Shown here one piece after another: positions 19,016 to 29,462 of a stretch of DNA of 64,000 nt. The position numbers and the translations under genes were made by a program. Source of the stretch: Rebecca billardiae RCC1528. Its lineage: Eukaryota > Protista > Haptophyta. The stretch spans positions 2,170,001 to 2,234,000 of the forward strand of contig OZ251226.1 of the NCBI GenBank assembly GCA_965240325.2, written 5' to 3'. Position 1 is the first letter of the stretch. Each line of letters opens with the position of its first letter. The notes below the pieces were generated by a model. The model was not told the DNA's origin. It did not search any database and saw only the letters and a program-made list of their open reading frames with translations.

Positions 19016-20749
19016 ATGGCGCCGGCGGCGAGGTCCCGATGGACGGCGCTTTGCGTGCTCCTCGCATGTGCAGTGGCTGGCGGCGCCCATGGCCGCCCGT
19101 CGACATCGAGGCGATTGGCCAACCGCGCAGTGCAGCCTGTGCCACGCGACGGCGGGAGGCGCAGCCGCGTCGCACGGCGCTGGAGCGCCGACGGCGAGGA
19201 CGTGCAGCGCGAGCTGCGCCAATTCATCGCTGCGCACGGCCATGAGGGCGTGATGCCCTCGCGCTTGCTGCTCGAGACGCACGGGCGCGCCGACCTAGTA
19301 AACGCCATCTATCGGCGCTTCGGCGGGCTGCGCCCACTCGCCCGCCGCATGCGCCTCTCGATGCGCGGGCGCAACGTCGAGCGGCGGTGGAGCTCGTTCA
19401 GCGTCGTGCGCGATGAGCTCCGGCACTACATCGCGGTGAACGGCACCGCCGGGCGGATGCCCACGGGGCTGGAGCTCCGACGGCACGGCCGCTTCGACCT
19501 GATCGCCGCGATCAGCCGGCACGGCGGCCTGCGCGCCGTGGGCGAGCGCTGCCACCTGGTGCCAGCCGCGGGCGCTGCACAGGAGCCGCAGGGCCCCAAC
19601 TGGGAGGACTTCGAGGTTCTCAGGGCCGAGCTGCTGGCGTACATCCGCGCGAACGGCACGGCGGGCATGATGCCAACGGCGAGCGCGCTCATCGCTGACG
19701 GCCGCCGCGCGCTGCTCGCCGCGATGCACGCTCACCACGGCGGGCAGCGCGCGGTCGCCTCTCGGCTCGGCCTGCACAGCCCGGCGCGCGGCCGCGCGGC
19801 TGCGGGTTCGGCCAAGCCGCGAGGCTACTGGACGTCCGTGGCGAACCTGCGCTCGGAGCTGCTCGCCTTTGCCATAGCCGCCGCGTCCGCGCACGGCGAC
19901 GGCGCCGAGCCGCGGATGCCGACGCAGGCCGAGCTCCTCGCCGCCGGGCGCGCCGACCTGCACCGCGCCATCACAGTGCACCACGGTGGCTACTTTTCAG
20001 CGGGCGCGCTCGTCCGCCTGCCGCGTGCCGACGGCCGGGTGCGGCGGGACTGGGCGAGCCTGGGCACCGTCGCGTCGGAGCTCGAGGCGTTCTGCCGCGA
20101 GAACGGCACGGTGGGCGAGATGCCCTCGCACTTGCAGCTCCAGGCGTGCGGCCGCTCTGACCTGCTCAACGCGATGCACCGTCACCACGGCTCGATGCAC
20201 CTCGTCGCGGAGCAGCTGGGCCTGCGCGTGCGCCCGGGGTACGCCTTCCGCGACTGGCTCGAGTTCGAGAACCTCGCGCGGGAGATCCGCGCGTTCCTCG
20301 CGACGGCGGAGGGCGCGGACCCGGCGGTGATGCCCACGAGCTTCGAGCTGCGCCGCGCAGGCCGGTACGACCTGCACTGCGCCGTGCAGCTGCACGCGGG
20401 CTTCTTCAACGTCGCGCGGCGCATGGGGCTCTACTGCGACGGCGGGTACGACCCGAAGCCAGGCGGCGCGGCATCAAGCGCGACGGGGGCGTGGAGGCGG
20501 CCTGAGCCGGGTGCGGGGCGGCGCGAGAGCGAACAGGCGGACGATGACGAGGGTGCGGCGGGTGAGCAGGCCGCGCAACGAGCCGAGCGCGAGCTGATGA
20601 CCGTGCTGCTGCGCCAGCAGCGGCGCGAAGAGCATGAGCTGTCAGGCAGCAGGGGGTGCGCACCCTCGGAGTCGGACCCAACGATACCATCGTCAGCTGA
20701 CGATGGGGCGGGCGACACGCATCGGCTGGGCACGCGACAGCACGACTAG
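19016..20749 (+). CDS. Signal-peptide protein with six ~70-aa MPxxxELxxxGRxDLxxAIxxxGG repeats
   Basis: Six recognisable repeats: MPSRLLL, MPTGLEL, MPTASAL, MPTQAEL, MPSHLQL, MPTSFEL. N-terminal hydrophobic segment. Confidence 0.85.
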   Translation: MAPAARSRWTALCVLLACAVAGGAHGRPSTSRRLANRAVQPVPRDGGRRSRVARRWSADGEDVQRELRQFIAAHGHEGVMPSRLLLETHGRADLVNAIYRRFGGLRPLARRMRLSMRGRNVERRWSSFSVVRDELRHYIAVNGTAGRMPTGLELRRHGRFDLIAAISRHGGLRAVGERCHLVPAAGAAQEPQGPNWEDFEVLRAELLAYIRANGTAGMMPTASALIADGRRALLAAMHAHHGGQRAVASRLGLHSPARGRAAAGSAKPRGYWTSVANLRSELLAFAIAAASAHGDGAEPRMPTQAELLAAGRADLHRAITVHHGGYFSAGALVRLPRADGRVRRDWASLGTVASELEAFCRENGTVGEMPSHLQLQACGRSDLLNAMHRHHGSMHLVAEQLGLRVRPGYAFRDWLEFENLAREIRAFLATAEGADPAVMPTSFELRRAGRYDLHCAVQLHAGFFNVARRMGLYCDGGYDPKPGGAASSATGAWRRPEPGAGRRESEQADDDEGAAGEQAAQRAERELMTVLLRQQRREEHELSGSRGCAPSESDPTIPSSADDGAGDTHRLGTRQHD

Positions 20750-21157
20750 TAGCGAGCCACACAGGCCTGCAGACCGCGTCTGCAGGCCGCGGACGACCGG
20801 CGCCTATCGAGTATCGACGAACGACACTTGGTATTGGACTTGGGCCCGAGGCCGATGCAGGGGCATAGGACCAGCGACTGCGAGCGGGCAAGCGGCCACC
20901 CGTCCCGACTCCGCGGCCACATTTATCGGCATATCATGCATCATCACGGATATGGGTTGACTATACTGAATGACTCGCGCGGCGCGGGCGAGATCATCAT
21001 CGTCACAGTCATGACGTCGTCATCAATAATAATACATCCGCGTGAGTCCTGGACCTGCCACTGCCAGTTACACAGACCTCATAATACCACTACAGTACTG
21101 ACGACTCAGACGAGTGAGGCATGAGCGGGCGAGTGGCTGACGCCGACGGCACTTGAT

Positions 21158-23092
21158 GGCGCACGGCCCCCCCGAAAGGTCTGAGCGTGAGCGAAAGCCG
21201 GGGGGGGCGGCGCACGTCACTCACAGCGGCGCACGTGCTCCGCAAAATCAAAAAAGAGGATGCGCGCAGGATTTGGGGGATTTTTGTAGGTGGATTTAGG
21301 TGTGAAACCGGAGCACTTGAGTCCATATCGCTGCTCATGATTGCTCGATCTGCTGCTACAGCTTGCTGACTCTGACGCCTGCCCGTTGCATACCACGTCG
21401 TTAATTTATGATTGCGTTTGTACTGCTCCTTAATCCTTGGATAGTAAGTAATAGACGAAGAAATCGGAATCAAATAGGACGAAGTCATCTAGCTACCATT
21501 CTGATAGTCAAGATTCGTGTGTTGAACTGACCATAAAAAAGGGGAGATATCGAACTAATTCTCTGGATAGCTGTTCACTCCTCAGATTCATCAAAGCGAC
21601 GCGATATGGTATTGCGCGGGTAGCTTGAATCGACGTTCCCGCGCGCCCTGGCCTTCTTGGGGGTGGCATTCGACGTACCTCTATCTGCGAGGATTAACAG
21701 CTCTCTGAAAACGAGTGTGTCCTGGACAGCTTGAGAGGGGAAATCCAAATTTTGCGGTTTTAACCCAAGATTCTCATGCCCATATTCAGCATGAGTAGTC
21801 ATAGGACAATTCATCGGTGAACAGAATCAAGAAGCCTGGCTTCTTGATATCGAGATCCGATTCACAAAGCCAATCAGCGTGGTCTCCAACTGGCTTGTTA
21901 ATCACCTGTAAATTGTAAAGGTGATTAGTTCACGATCACCCGCGTGATGTGATTATTGTGAGCAGCCTGAAACCATAATAATAAGCGCGAGTTGCGAGTC
22001 GTGAACCGTCACTTTTAAAATCGGACCCCCGTGCGAGGCAGTCACGTGCCGAGTACGAGGTGGCGCAGCTGCTGCTCGAGGTGATTGCGCACTGCGCGCT
22101 CGACCCCGCCGAGCCCGCCGCGTGCGCCACCGCACCGCGCCCTCGTGGCGGACGGCGGCGCCCGGCGTGAGTGACGGCGTCCGCCGGGCCGCCGTGGGCG
22201 ATGGCGCGCGGCGCGTGACCCGACGTACGCGGCGGCGCTCGGCCGTGCGGGCGCGCTCGCGCGGCTATGGACTCGCTCGAGGGAGCGCCGTGCGCGCTCG
22301 CCGAGCCGCCGCTGCCCGCCGCCGCCGCAAGCCGCAGGCCGCTCGCGCGCCGCGGCCGCGGCGAGGCGCGCCGGCGGCGGCGGCGTGGCGCGCTGCGGAG
22401 GCGCCGCTGCTGCCGCCGCGCGCGGCGCAGCGGCTTCTCGCGCAGTGGTCGGGCGCGGCGCTGTGGCTCGCACCACTGCACCGCGCCCTCGTGGCGGACG
22501 GCGGCGCACGCGGCCGCGGCCGTGTGGGCGATGGCGCGCGGCGCGCGACCCGCGGCGCTCGGCCGTGCGGGCACGCTCGCGCGGCTATGGACTCGCTCGA
22601 GGGAGCGCTGTGCGCGCTCGCCGAGCCGCCGCTGCCCGCCGCCGCCGCAAGCCGCAAGCCGCTCGCGCGCCGTGGTCCTGGCTGAGGCGGGCGGCGGCGG
22701 CGCGGCGCGCGCCGCGGAGGCGCCGCTGCTCGGCCGCCGCGCGCGGCGCCGAGCGGCTTCTGCCTTCTCGCGAAGTGGTCGGGCGCGGCGCTGTCTGTGG
22801 CTGCTCTGCGCGCAGCGCGGCTGCGCACACAACGCGCGTGCGAGCTCGCGTGCACCCCCGGCGCCGCCGCCCGGCTGTCGGATCTTATTGCGCGCCGCTC
22901 TGCCTCAGCTGCGTCGCCGTTCACACTGAGCCGAGCACTTGGCAGTCGGCTGACTCGCCAGTGTGACTCGGCTGCACGGCGCATGCACCGTCCGACCGTC
23001 CGACCGTGACCGTGTCGTCACAAGCCGGCTGCTAGGGCCGTGCGCCCTCAACTTCGTTGTTCACTACCCGAAGATCGTCGGCGTAGCCGATC
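21158..23092 (+). mobile_element. Non-autonomous Helentron-like element, family 2 copy A
   Basis: Inverted, diverged copy at 31421-33081. 5' GGCGCACGGCCC (21158-21169), inverted subterminal GGGCCGTGCGCC (23035-23046), terminal hairpin TCGGC-GTA-GCCGA, AT flanks. Internal GC-rich tandem duplication at about 22125-22790. Confidence 0.7.
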
Positions 23093-23149
23093 ATAATCAT
23101 ATATGCTATGCATATATCTGCCGTATCAGCGATTATATCTAAGCCGCCG

Positions 23150-25198
23150 TCAAGAAGTGGCCCGGCGAGACTCTGGAACAGAGCGCTGCCACTCATTATC
23201 AGCCGGCTCTGTCATCTCGATCTGCTGCTGTTCGACGCCGCCAAGGCCAGGTCCAGCGCGGTCGCCATACTCGCCATTGCGCGCTCGCACTGCAGCGGGC
23301 CTTGGCCCCAGATCGTGATCATCACCGCCGGGAGCAGCCTCCTCCAAACCCTTCTGCCCACGCCGGCGCGTGCTCGCGGGACTGGCGCACGTGCTCGGAT
23401 TGGTGGGCAGCCGGGAGAGCTGCCTGAAGGAGCCCTCCTCTGGGATGGGCGACAGGCTCAGCCCGCTCCGAGTCGATGCCTCCCGCTGTGGCGCTGCGTG
23501 GCGCGTGCGACACAGCGCGCGCGCGCCCAGAGCGGCGCGTATCAATTCAGGCGACGAGCCGCGCGTCTCGGGCAGCAGCCAGCAGAAGAGCACGAGGGCG
23601 AGCACGCTCAAGCTGCCGTACACAGCGAACGCGACCGTGCCCCCAGCCGAGGCCTCGAGCGGCTCGAACATCATCATGTTTCCGAAGATGCACGCGTTGA
23701 GGAGGACTGCAGACGCGCCGATCAGCTGGCCGCGCAGCTCCGTGGGGAAGAGCTCGGCGAATAGCACCCACGCCAGCGGGCCGTAGCTCAACGAGTACCC
23801 ACCTATGACCAGCCCGCACCCGACGATGGGCACGAGCAGATCGACCCCCGGGCTCTGCGCTGGGGCGGAGGAGCGGGCAGGATCGGCGAGCGCGCCTTCG
23901 CCCTCGCCGCTCGTCATGCCCGCGTCTGCCATGGAGGCGAAGTGCACGACGAGTACACCCACGCCCGCGGCGCCGAGCGCCGCGCCGGTGAGCAGCAGCG
24001 GTCGTCGGCCAATGACATCCACGAGGCTGATGGTGAGTGCGGTCAGCCCGATCTTGACTGCACCCAGCCAGACGAGCGCAGTCGCCGCCTCCTCGGTGGA
24101 CGCGCCCGCATCAACGAGCACCTGCTCTGCGTAGTTTCGGATCACATTGCCCGCCGAGAAGCCGGCGAAGAAGCTCACGAGGCTGGCGAGCGCCAGTGGG
24201 CCGAGCCACTGGCGCACGCGGGCAAGGGTGTCCGCGCACGCATGCAGGCACGTGCCGCCGCCGATGCGCAGCTTGCCACTCGGAGCATTCTCAGGTTGCG
24301 CAGCTGCCGGGGCGGCATCCGTCGCACCCAGCGCCGCGGCCAGCCCCATGCGCCGCGCGGACGAAAGCTCTGCGCCGGCCAGCACCACGCCCGCCTCGGC
24401 CGCCTCGGCCGCAATGCGCGTGAGCTCGCGCTCAGCGGCTGCGTCTGAGGTGTACGCAGCGCGCAGGGCGCGCAGGCTCTCGGCCGTGCGGCCTTGGACG
24501 AACAGCCAGCGCGGGCTCTCGGGAAGCCCGCACATACCTAGTGTCTGCACGACCACAGGCAGAAGCACGGCCGTGAACATGGCGCGCCAGCCGCCGCGGA
24601 CGGACGAGAAGCCCAGGTCGACGCTCCAAGCCGCCTCGATGCCCGTCACTATCAGCATCTCGTATGCAGAGGTCACAATGCCGCGCACGTGCGGCGGCGA
24701 GACCTCGGCGAGGTAGGCGAGGCTCGCGACGGCGGAGAAGGCGGCACCAAGCCCGACGACGAATCGCCCCGCGTACACGGCCGCCACGCGCTGTGCCGTG
24801 CAGATGAGCAGCGTGCCTGCGGTGAAGAGCAGGTTCTGCACGTGTACTGTGCGCCGCCGCCCGACGCGGTCGCACACGGCGCCGCCGACGAGCCCACCAC
24901 ACGTCGCACCCAAAGATAGTAGCGACACCACCAGCCCCTCCTCGAGGTCGTCGAGCCCGAACTCCTCGCGCATCTGCGCAAGCGCGCCAGTGATCACCCC
25001 CAGGCTGTAGCCAAAAATCAAACCGCTCAGGCCGAGCGTGACGCTCGCTCGCACCAGGAAGGCGTAGTTCACATCCCCGCTCGACAAGCTGACGCTCGTC
25101 GGCAAAGAATCCGCCGCCATCTGCACGTAGCGGCCGGCCGGTGGCCTTGCAGATCCTTCCCCTTCTGCCAGCTCGCCCGGCTCACACGACGACGCCAT
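23150..25198 (-). CDS. MFS sugar porter
   Basis: GLIFGYSLG, DRVGRR, GRFVVGLG, YLAEVSPPHVRG, PESPRWL, DVIGRRPLL, ELFPTELRG and PETRG. Confidence 0.95.
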   Translation of the reverse strand: MASSCEPGELAEGEGSARPPAGRYVQMAADSLPTSVSLSSGDVNYAFLVRASVTLGLSGLIFGYSLGVITGALAQMREEFGLDDLEEGLVVSLLSLGATCGGLVGGAVCDRVGRRRTVHVQNLLFTAGTLLICTAQRVAAVYAGRFVVGLGAAFSAVASLAYLAEVSPPHVRGIVTSAYEMLIVTGIEAAWSVDLGFSSVRGGWRAMFTAVLLPVVVQTLGMCGLPESPRWLFVQGRTAESLRALRAAYTSDAAAERELTRIAAEAAEAGVVLAGAELSSARRMGLAAALGATDAAPAAAQPENAPSGKLRIGGGTCLHACADTLARVRQWLGPLALASLVSFFAGFSAGNVIRNYAEQVLVDAGASTEEAATALVWLGAVKIGLTALTISLVDVIGRRPLLLTGAALGAAGVGVLVVHFASMADAGMTSGEGEGALADPARSSAPAQSPGVDLLVPIVGCGLVIGGYSLSYGPLAWVLFAELFPTELRGQLIGASAVLLNACIFGNMMMFEPLEASAGGTVAFAVYGSLSVLALVLFCWLLPETRGSSPELIRAALGARALCRTRHAAPQREASTRSGLSLSPIPEEGSFRQLSRLPTNPSTCASPASTRRRGQKGLEEAAPGGDDHDLGPRPAAVRARNGEYGDRAGPGLGGVEQQQIEMTEPADNEWQRSVPESRRATS

Positions 25199-25321
25199 GG
25201 ATTGATTCGTCACGCCTTGTTCTTGCGCAGGGCTTCGCGCCCACCGCGTGCGTCGGCAGTTGGGGCTTGGATTAAAAATCGATTGCTTTTATTCGCGCAT
25301 CAAAAATCGCCACGTTACAAG

Positions 25322-25753
25322 ATGGAGGACGATCAGGACGACTGGCTCGACGGCGTTGCAGACGCGGACCCTGAGAGCAGGGCGGTCGATCGCGAGAGGA
25401 CGGCGCCTTTCCTTCTCCGCGTCTTTGTCCAGCAGGGCAAGCACCGCCGTCCGATCGACTATGAACGGCTGCTCACAAGCAGAGCATTCTCGCCAGATGA
25501 GATCCACGTGTTTACGTGGCTTGACGCTACGCTCGGCGAGGTTGCGCGGATCATCTCAGAGGTGAACGTCAATGCCCGTGCACCGAGCGCGCGGTTTTCC
25601 TTTGCGCGCGCGCATTCAGACTCGCGGGGGAAATATACGGTGCAGCACATTGGTGACGTGCATGCAGACCGGTCGGGCAGTGACGATGAGAAGTCACTCC
25701 TCGACGAGGAGTTTGATGCGGACAATGACCTCCTCGATGTGGCGATCATCTAG
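25322..25753 (+). CDS. SAP18: Sin3-associated polypeptide 18
   Basis: VDRERTAPFLLRVF...IHVFTWLDATLGE...DLLDVAI match the SAP18 pattern. Confidence 0.85.
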   Translation: MEDDQDDWLDGVADADPESRAVDRERTAPFLLRVFVQQGKHRRPIDYERLLTSRAFSPDEIHVFTWLDATLGEVARIISEVNVNARAPSARFSFARAHSDSRGKYTVQHIGDVHADRSGSDDEKSLLDEEFDADNDLLDVAII

Positions 25754-26952
25754 TGACGACTACTGTCAGCCGGTGTGCGCCTGGAGCAAGTGCAGTCTTG
25801 CCCTCGCCCTTTACGTATTTGCCTCAGCCCGGCGCTGATTTAGCAGCCCGAAAGCCGGTGGGGTCCAGGCAACGCCACGGACCACGCCGCGGTGGCCACT
25901 CACTGGGCCACCCGCGCGGCGCGGTGCCTCACTCACTGACTGCGGTAATCATGCGGGCTCGCCGGGCCGTCCGCCACGTGCCGGCTCTGGTTGTCGGTTC
26001 AGCAGGCATAGCCTCACGCAGGCGCGCATGTAGTTGATCGGGCGGTCGTGAATATATACGGCGCGGAAACGTAGTAACGGACCGCCAGCCCGTGAGGTCC
26101 CTCGTGCCATTCAATACGGATGTCGGATTACGCGGTCCGCGGAGTGACGTCTGACGATAAATGAACAGTCGTCAGCGGAGCGCCGCGGCGGAATTCCTGA
26201 GAATCCGCCGAATCGCAAGCAGGTAACACTTATTCAAGACCAGGATGGGGAGTGCAGGACAGCGTGAGTGACGGTCCTTCCGACCTTCGTTCGTTAGTGC
26301 GTGAGCGTCACTGCCGGGCTGCCGCCGCTGCCGCCATCGGATGAAAAGCCTGCTGGCCGCTGCGTCCCGCCAAGTGCTAGCTACTGACAAAGAACTTCAT
26401 CCGTGTCGTATTCGTGAAGATTCGATGACGACGTACTGTAGCGTACGACATCGTAGTCTGCTGACGGTAGAGTCTACTAGTTCTTTAAAACACTAGTACT
26501 GGTCCCGACTCCGTTAGTAACCGTTTATTGACTCAAAACACCGCGTCGCGGCCGAGCAGCTTTCGACTCGGCCGCTGCTGCCCGGACTCACGGCCTGCTT
26601 ATAATAGCGCCGTAGCTTATCGTCTGACCTGCGTTTAATATCGTCTGAAACCGTTGGCATACGGTATATCGCGGCCATCGGCACTCTGGCGGACCCTACA
26701 AGTGCAGGCCATACTGGTATAAAGGCCGGCCGTACGCAAGTACAGAACGGTCCGCGTCGGAACGCGGACGATGTCCTGTCGTAATTGAGCGCATCATATA
26801 TCGTCACATCATCAGGCTTCAGCCATCGTCATCAATATCAGCAGCAGCATCGTCATCACCGTTAAGTCATGGGCGACCCAATCAGTAGCGCCTGCTCAGT
26901 TGTTACTACTGTACGGTACTGCCGCCGCTGCTTATAATAATACTATAACTGC

Positions 26953-28302
26953 TTATTTGGCAGCAGCCTCGCCGCCGTGCAGGGTCTTGTACGCGGTTTC
27001 GAGCTTGAGCACGTTACGAACCATCCAGTTGCTGGACATGTGATTGGCGATGAACGCAGGGAAGCCGAAGTCCATGTGCGCAAACATTGTGAGCCGTGAC
27101 TTGGTGGGGTCGGACTTGAGAGGCCTGACGACAACGTTGCCAACTGCGGGTCGACGGGGTCGCCGCGCCGGGGGGCGCGCGGTGCATGTGTACATCAACA
27201 TCATCGCGAGGCGGCGAGCTGTTGCGCAGAAGGCCAACGCCCACCCGCCAGGCGCGCGCGGCGGGAGCAGCGCGCCGATTCCGTACTCTTGGCAGTTGCG
27301 CGGAAGGTGTTGGGCGGAGGTGGCGCATCCCACGGTTCGCTGTGGACGATGCCGGTGTGGCTCCCCGGCTCAGGGTGGTCCTTCACCCAGATCCAGCGCC
27401 AGATCATCTCCCGCGCGTTCATGAGCGGCATCTTCGCCATCTGCCGCACGATGTACCCGTCGTGCTCCCAGCCCTCCCCGCCGAGCACCTCGCACTGCGT
27501 CACGTCCTCGTCCCACTTGGTCTTGATGTGCGGGTCCATGAAGAGCTCCATCAGCGTACCCGCCGGCACGTTCGCCGTGGCAAAGCAGCGCGTGAGGTTG
27601 ATCGGCGAGTTGGGGTCGCGCTTCTTGAAGGTCTGTGCAGTGCGTACGGAAGCGGGCCAACCGAGCACGCAGAATCGCACCGTGTGGGGTCACAGGCCGG
27701 ACGCGAGGCACACGGCGGCAGCACGGGCGCGGCGCTGTGGGCGCACTGCACCCCACCTGGATCCAGCCCTTGTCGGCGATGAGTGTCCATCCCTCGGCCT
27801 CACCTCCCTCCTCGAGGATGCGGGTGAGCTCCAGCTTGTCCTTGATGAGCGCAAGGGCGCCCATGTCATCCCCGAGCGATTTCGTGTGGTCGTCGTCACC
27901 AACGCCGCCGGCCGCCTCGAGTTCGCGAGCCTTCTTCTGCTGCAGCATCATGTCCTTGAACGCGTGGAAGTCGTCGAAGGACGAGAGCAGCTCGAGGACA
28001 GCGCCCGTGCGGGGGTGCGCATCGGGCGAGTCCATGTGGTCGGGCAGCACTTTCATGAACCACTGCAGGTCGACGCCCTTCTCCACGAGGCGCTGGTCGA
28101 CGTACTCGTCGACGAGCTTGGCATAGCTCTCAAAGATGGGCGTGTACTCGAGCTTGTTCTCTTCTGTTGGCTCGAACACGTCGCAGTGTTTGGCGGTGAA
28201 GGCCTTGAGCGTCTCGACAAAGCTTGGCTCCGTGATCACCTCATCCACCGAGTTGACCGCGCTGTTGAAGCGCTCCTTCGAGATTCCGTCGAGCTCCGCC
28301 AT
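26953..28302 (-). CDS. BART/ARL2-binding-like domain + START lipid-binding domain protein; exons 28302-27757, 27632-27287, 27143-26953
   Basis: N-terminal FTAKHCDVF..EENKLEYTPIFESY...FHAFKDMM is BART-like. Spliced C-terminus KWD...MPLMNAREM...TMFAHMDFG is START-like. Both GT-AG introns keep the frame. Confidence 0.75.
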
Positions 28303-28385
28303 CGTGCTCGGGCCTGGGGACGTGAATCAAGCCCTTGCGTGAATCGCCGACCGCGCGATGAAAATCGGGAAGGCCTAAGGCCTAA

Positions 28386-29282
28386 TTGACACTGCGCCAC
28401 AAGGGGGGGGTCCAAAATTGTCCCCGCCGACGGCTCGATGGCTGCCGCACGTGCGTGCCCCGCGTGCCTTGCGCGTGTACGTGCACGGTAGGGCGTCCCG
28501 ACAGCGAGGGCGGGGTGGCGTAGATGGTCTCATGGGAGGTGTGCCCGTGTGCCGGAGACGCTTCGACACCTTGGTGGCGTGCGCACACTTCTCCTTGCCG
28601 CCGCTTGCCTGCTGCAGTGCTCGGCCAGCCGTGTTGAGAGCACGCCTGCGCGTGCATGGCCAATGTCGGGCGGATCGAGCCGTAGTGAGTGCGCGTGCGG
28701 GTACTCCTACCCGATGCGTCTCCCTACCACTGTCGCAAGCCCTCGTGCGCGTCGTGAAGCCTGTCGAATCCAGTCGGGCACATGCCCAACATGCTCGCGA
28801 ACAATGGCCGAGGAATGGCGTCAAATGCGCTATTTGAAAATAAAACTGGCCAGCATGTCGCATACCACCATGATAACGTTGACACGTCGTGGGTTCGAGT
28901 GCACGGCTTAGGGTTGACGTACAAGAGCTACTGCGACAGTGGTAGAGAGACGCATCGGGTAGGAGTACCCGCACGCGCACTCACTACGGCTCGATCCGCC
29001 CGACATTGGCCATGCACGCGCAGGCGTGCTCTCAACACGGCTGGCCGAGCACGCAGCAGGCAAGCGGCGGCAACGAGAGGTGTGGGCACGCCACCAAGGT
29101 GTCGAAGCGTCTCCGACACACGGGCACACCTCCCACGAGACCATCTACGCCACCCCGCCCTCGCTGTCGGGACGCCCTACCGTGCACGTACACGCGCAAG
29201 GCACGCGGGGCACGCACGTGCGGCAGCCATCGAGCCGTCGGCGGGGACAATTTTGGACCCCCCCCTTGTGGCGCAGTGTCAA
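28386..29282. mobile_element. Foldback/MITE-like element with ~350-bp TIRs and TAA duplication
   Basis: Arms 28386-28737 and 28932-29282 are near-perfect inverted repeats. TAA at 28383-28385 and 29283-29285. No convincing coding frame. Confidence 0.85.
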
Positions 29283-29462
29283 TAAGTTGTTGAGATGCGA
29301 TCTCGCAGCCCGACCTGCCATGATGGCTCGTAACCGCCCGGGCGCGAGCTGAGCGCTTGAGCAAGCCCCCACAAACAAAAGGGAGGTTGAGAGCGGCTGC
29401 GCTGAGCAAGCGCCAGTTGCTGGAGACGCGGCCGGCGTCGGGCGGGTCGCGTGGTCGCGCGG

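Noticed and set aside
21936-23009. Arg/Ala-rich ORFs inside family 2 (also 31459-32719)
   Set aside because: They lie in internally duplicated repeat DNA, and the frames are not conserved between copies.
26041-26090. SRP RNA helix 8
   Set aside because: A GAAA loop is present, but the flanks (CGGC/AGTA) do not match the conserved CAGG/AGCA.
26151-26200. Hammerhead ribozyme (CTGACGA core)
   Set aside because: No stem II followed by GAAA, and the CTGACGA pairs with TCGTCAG instead.
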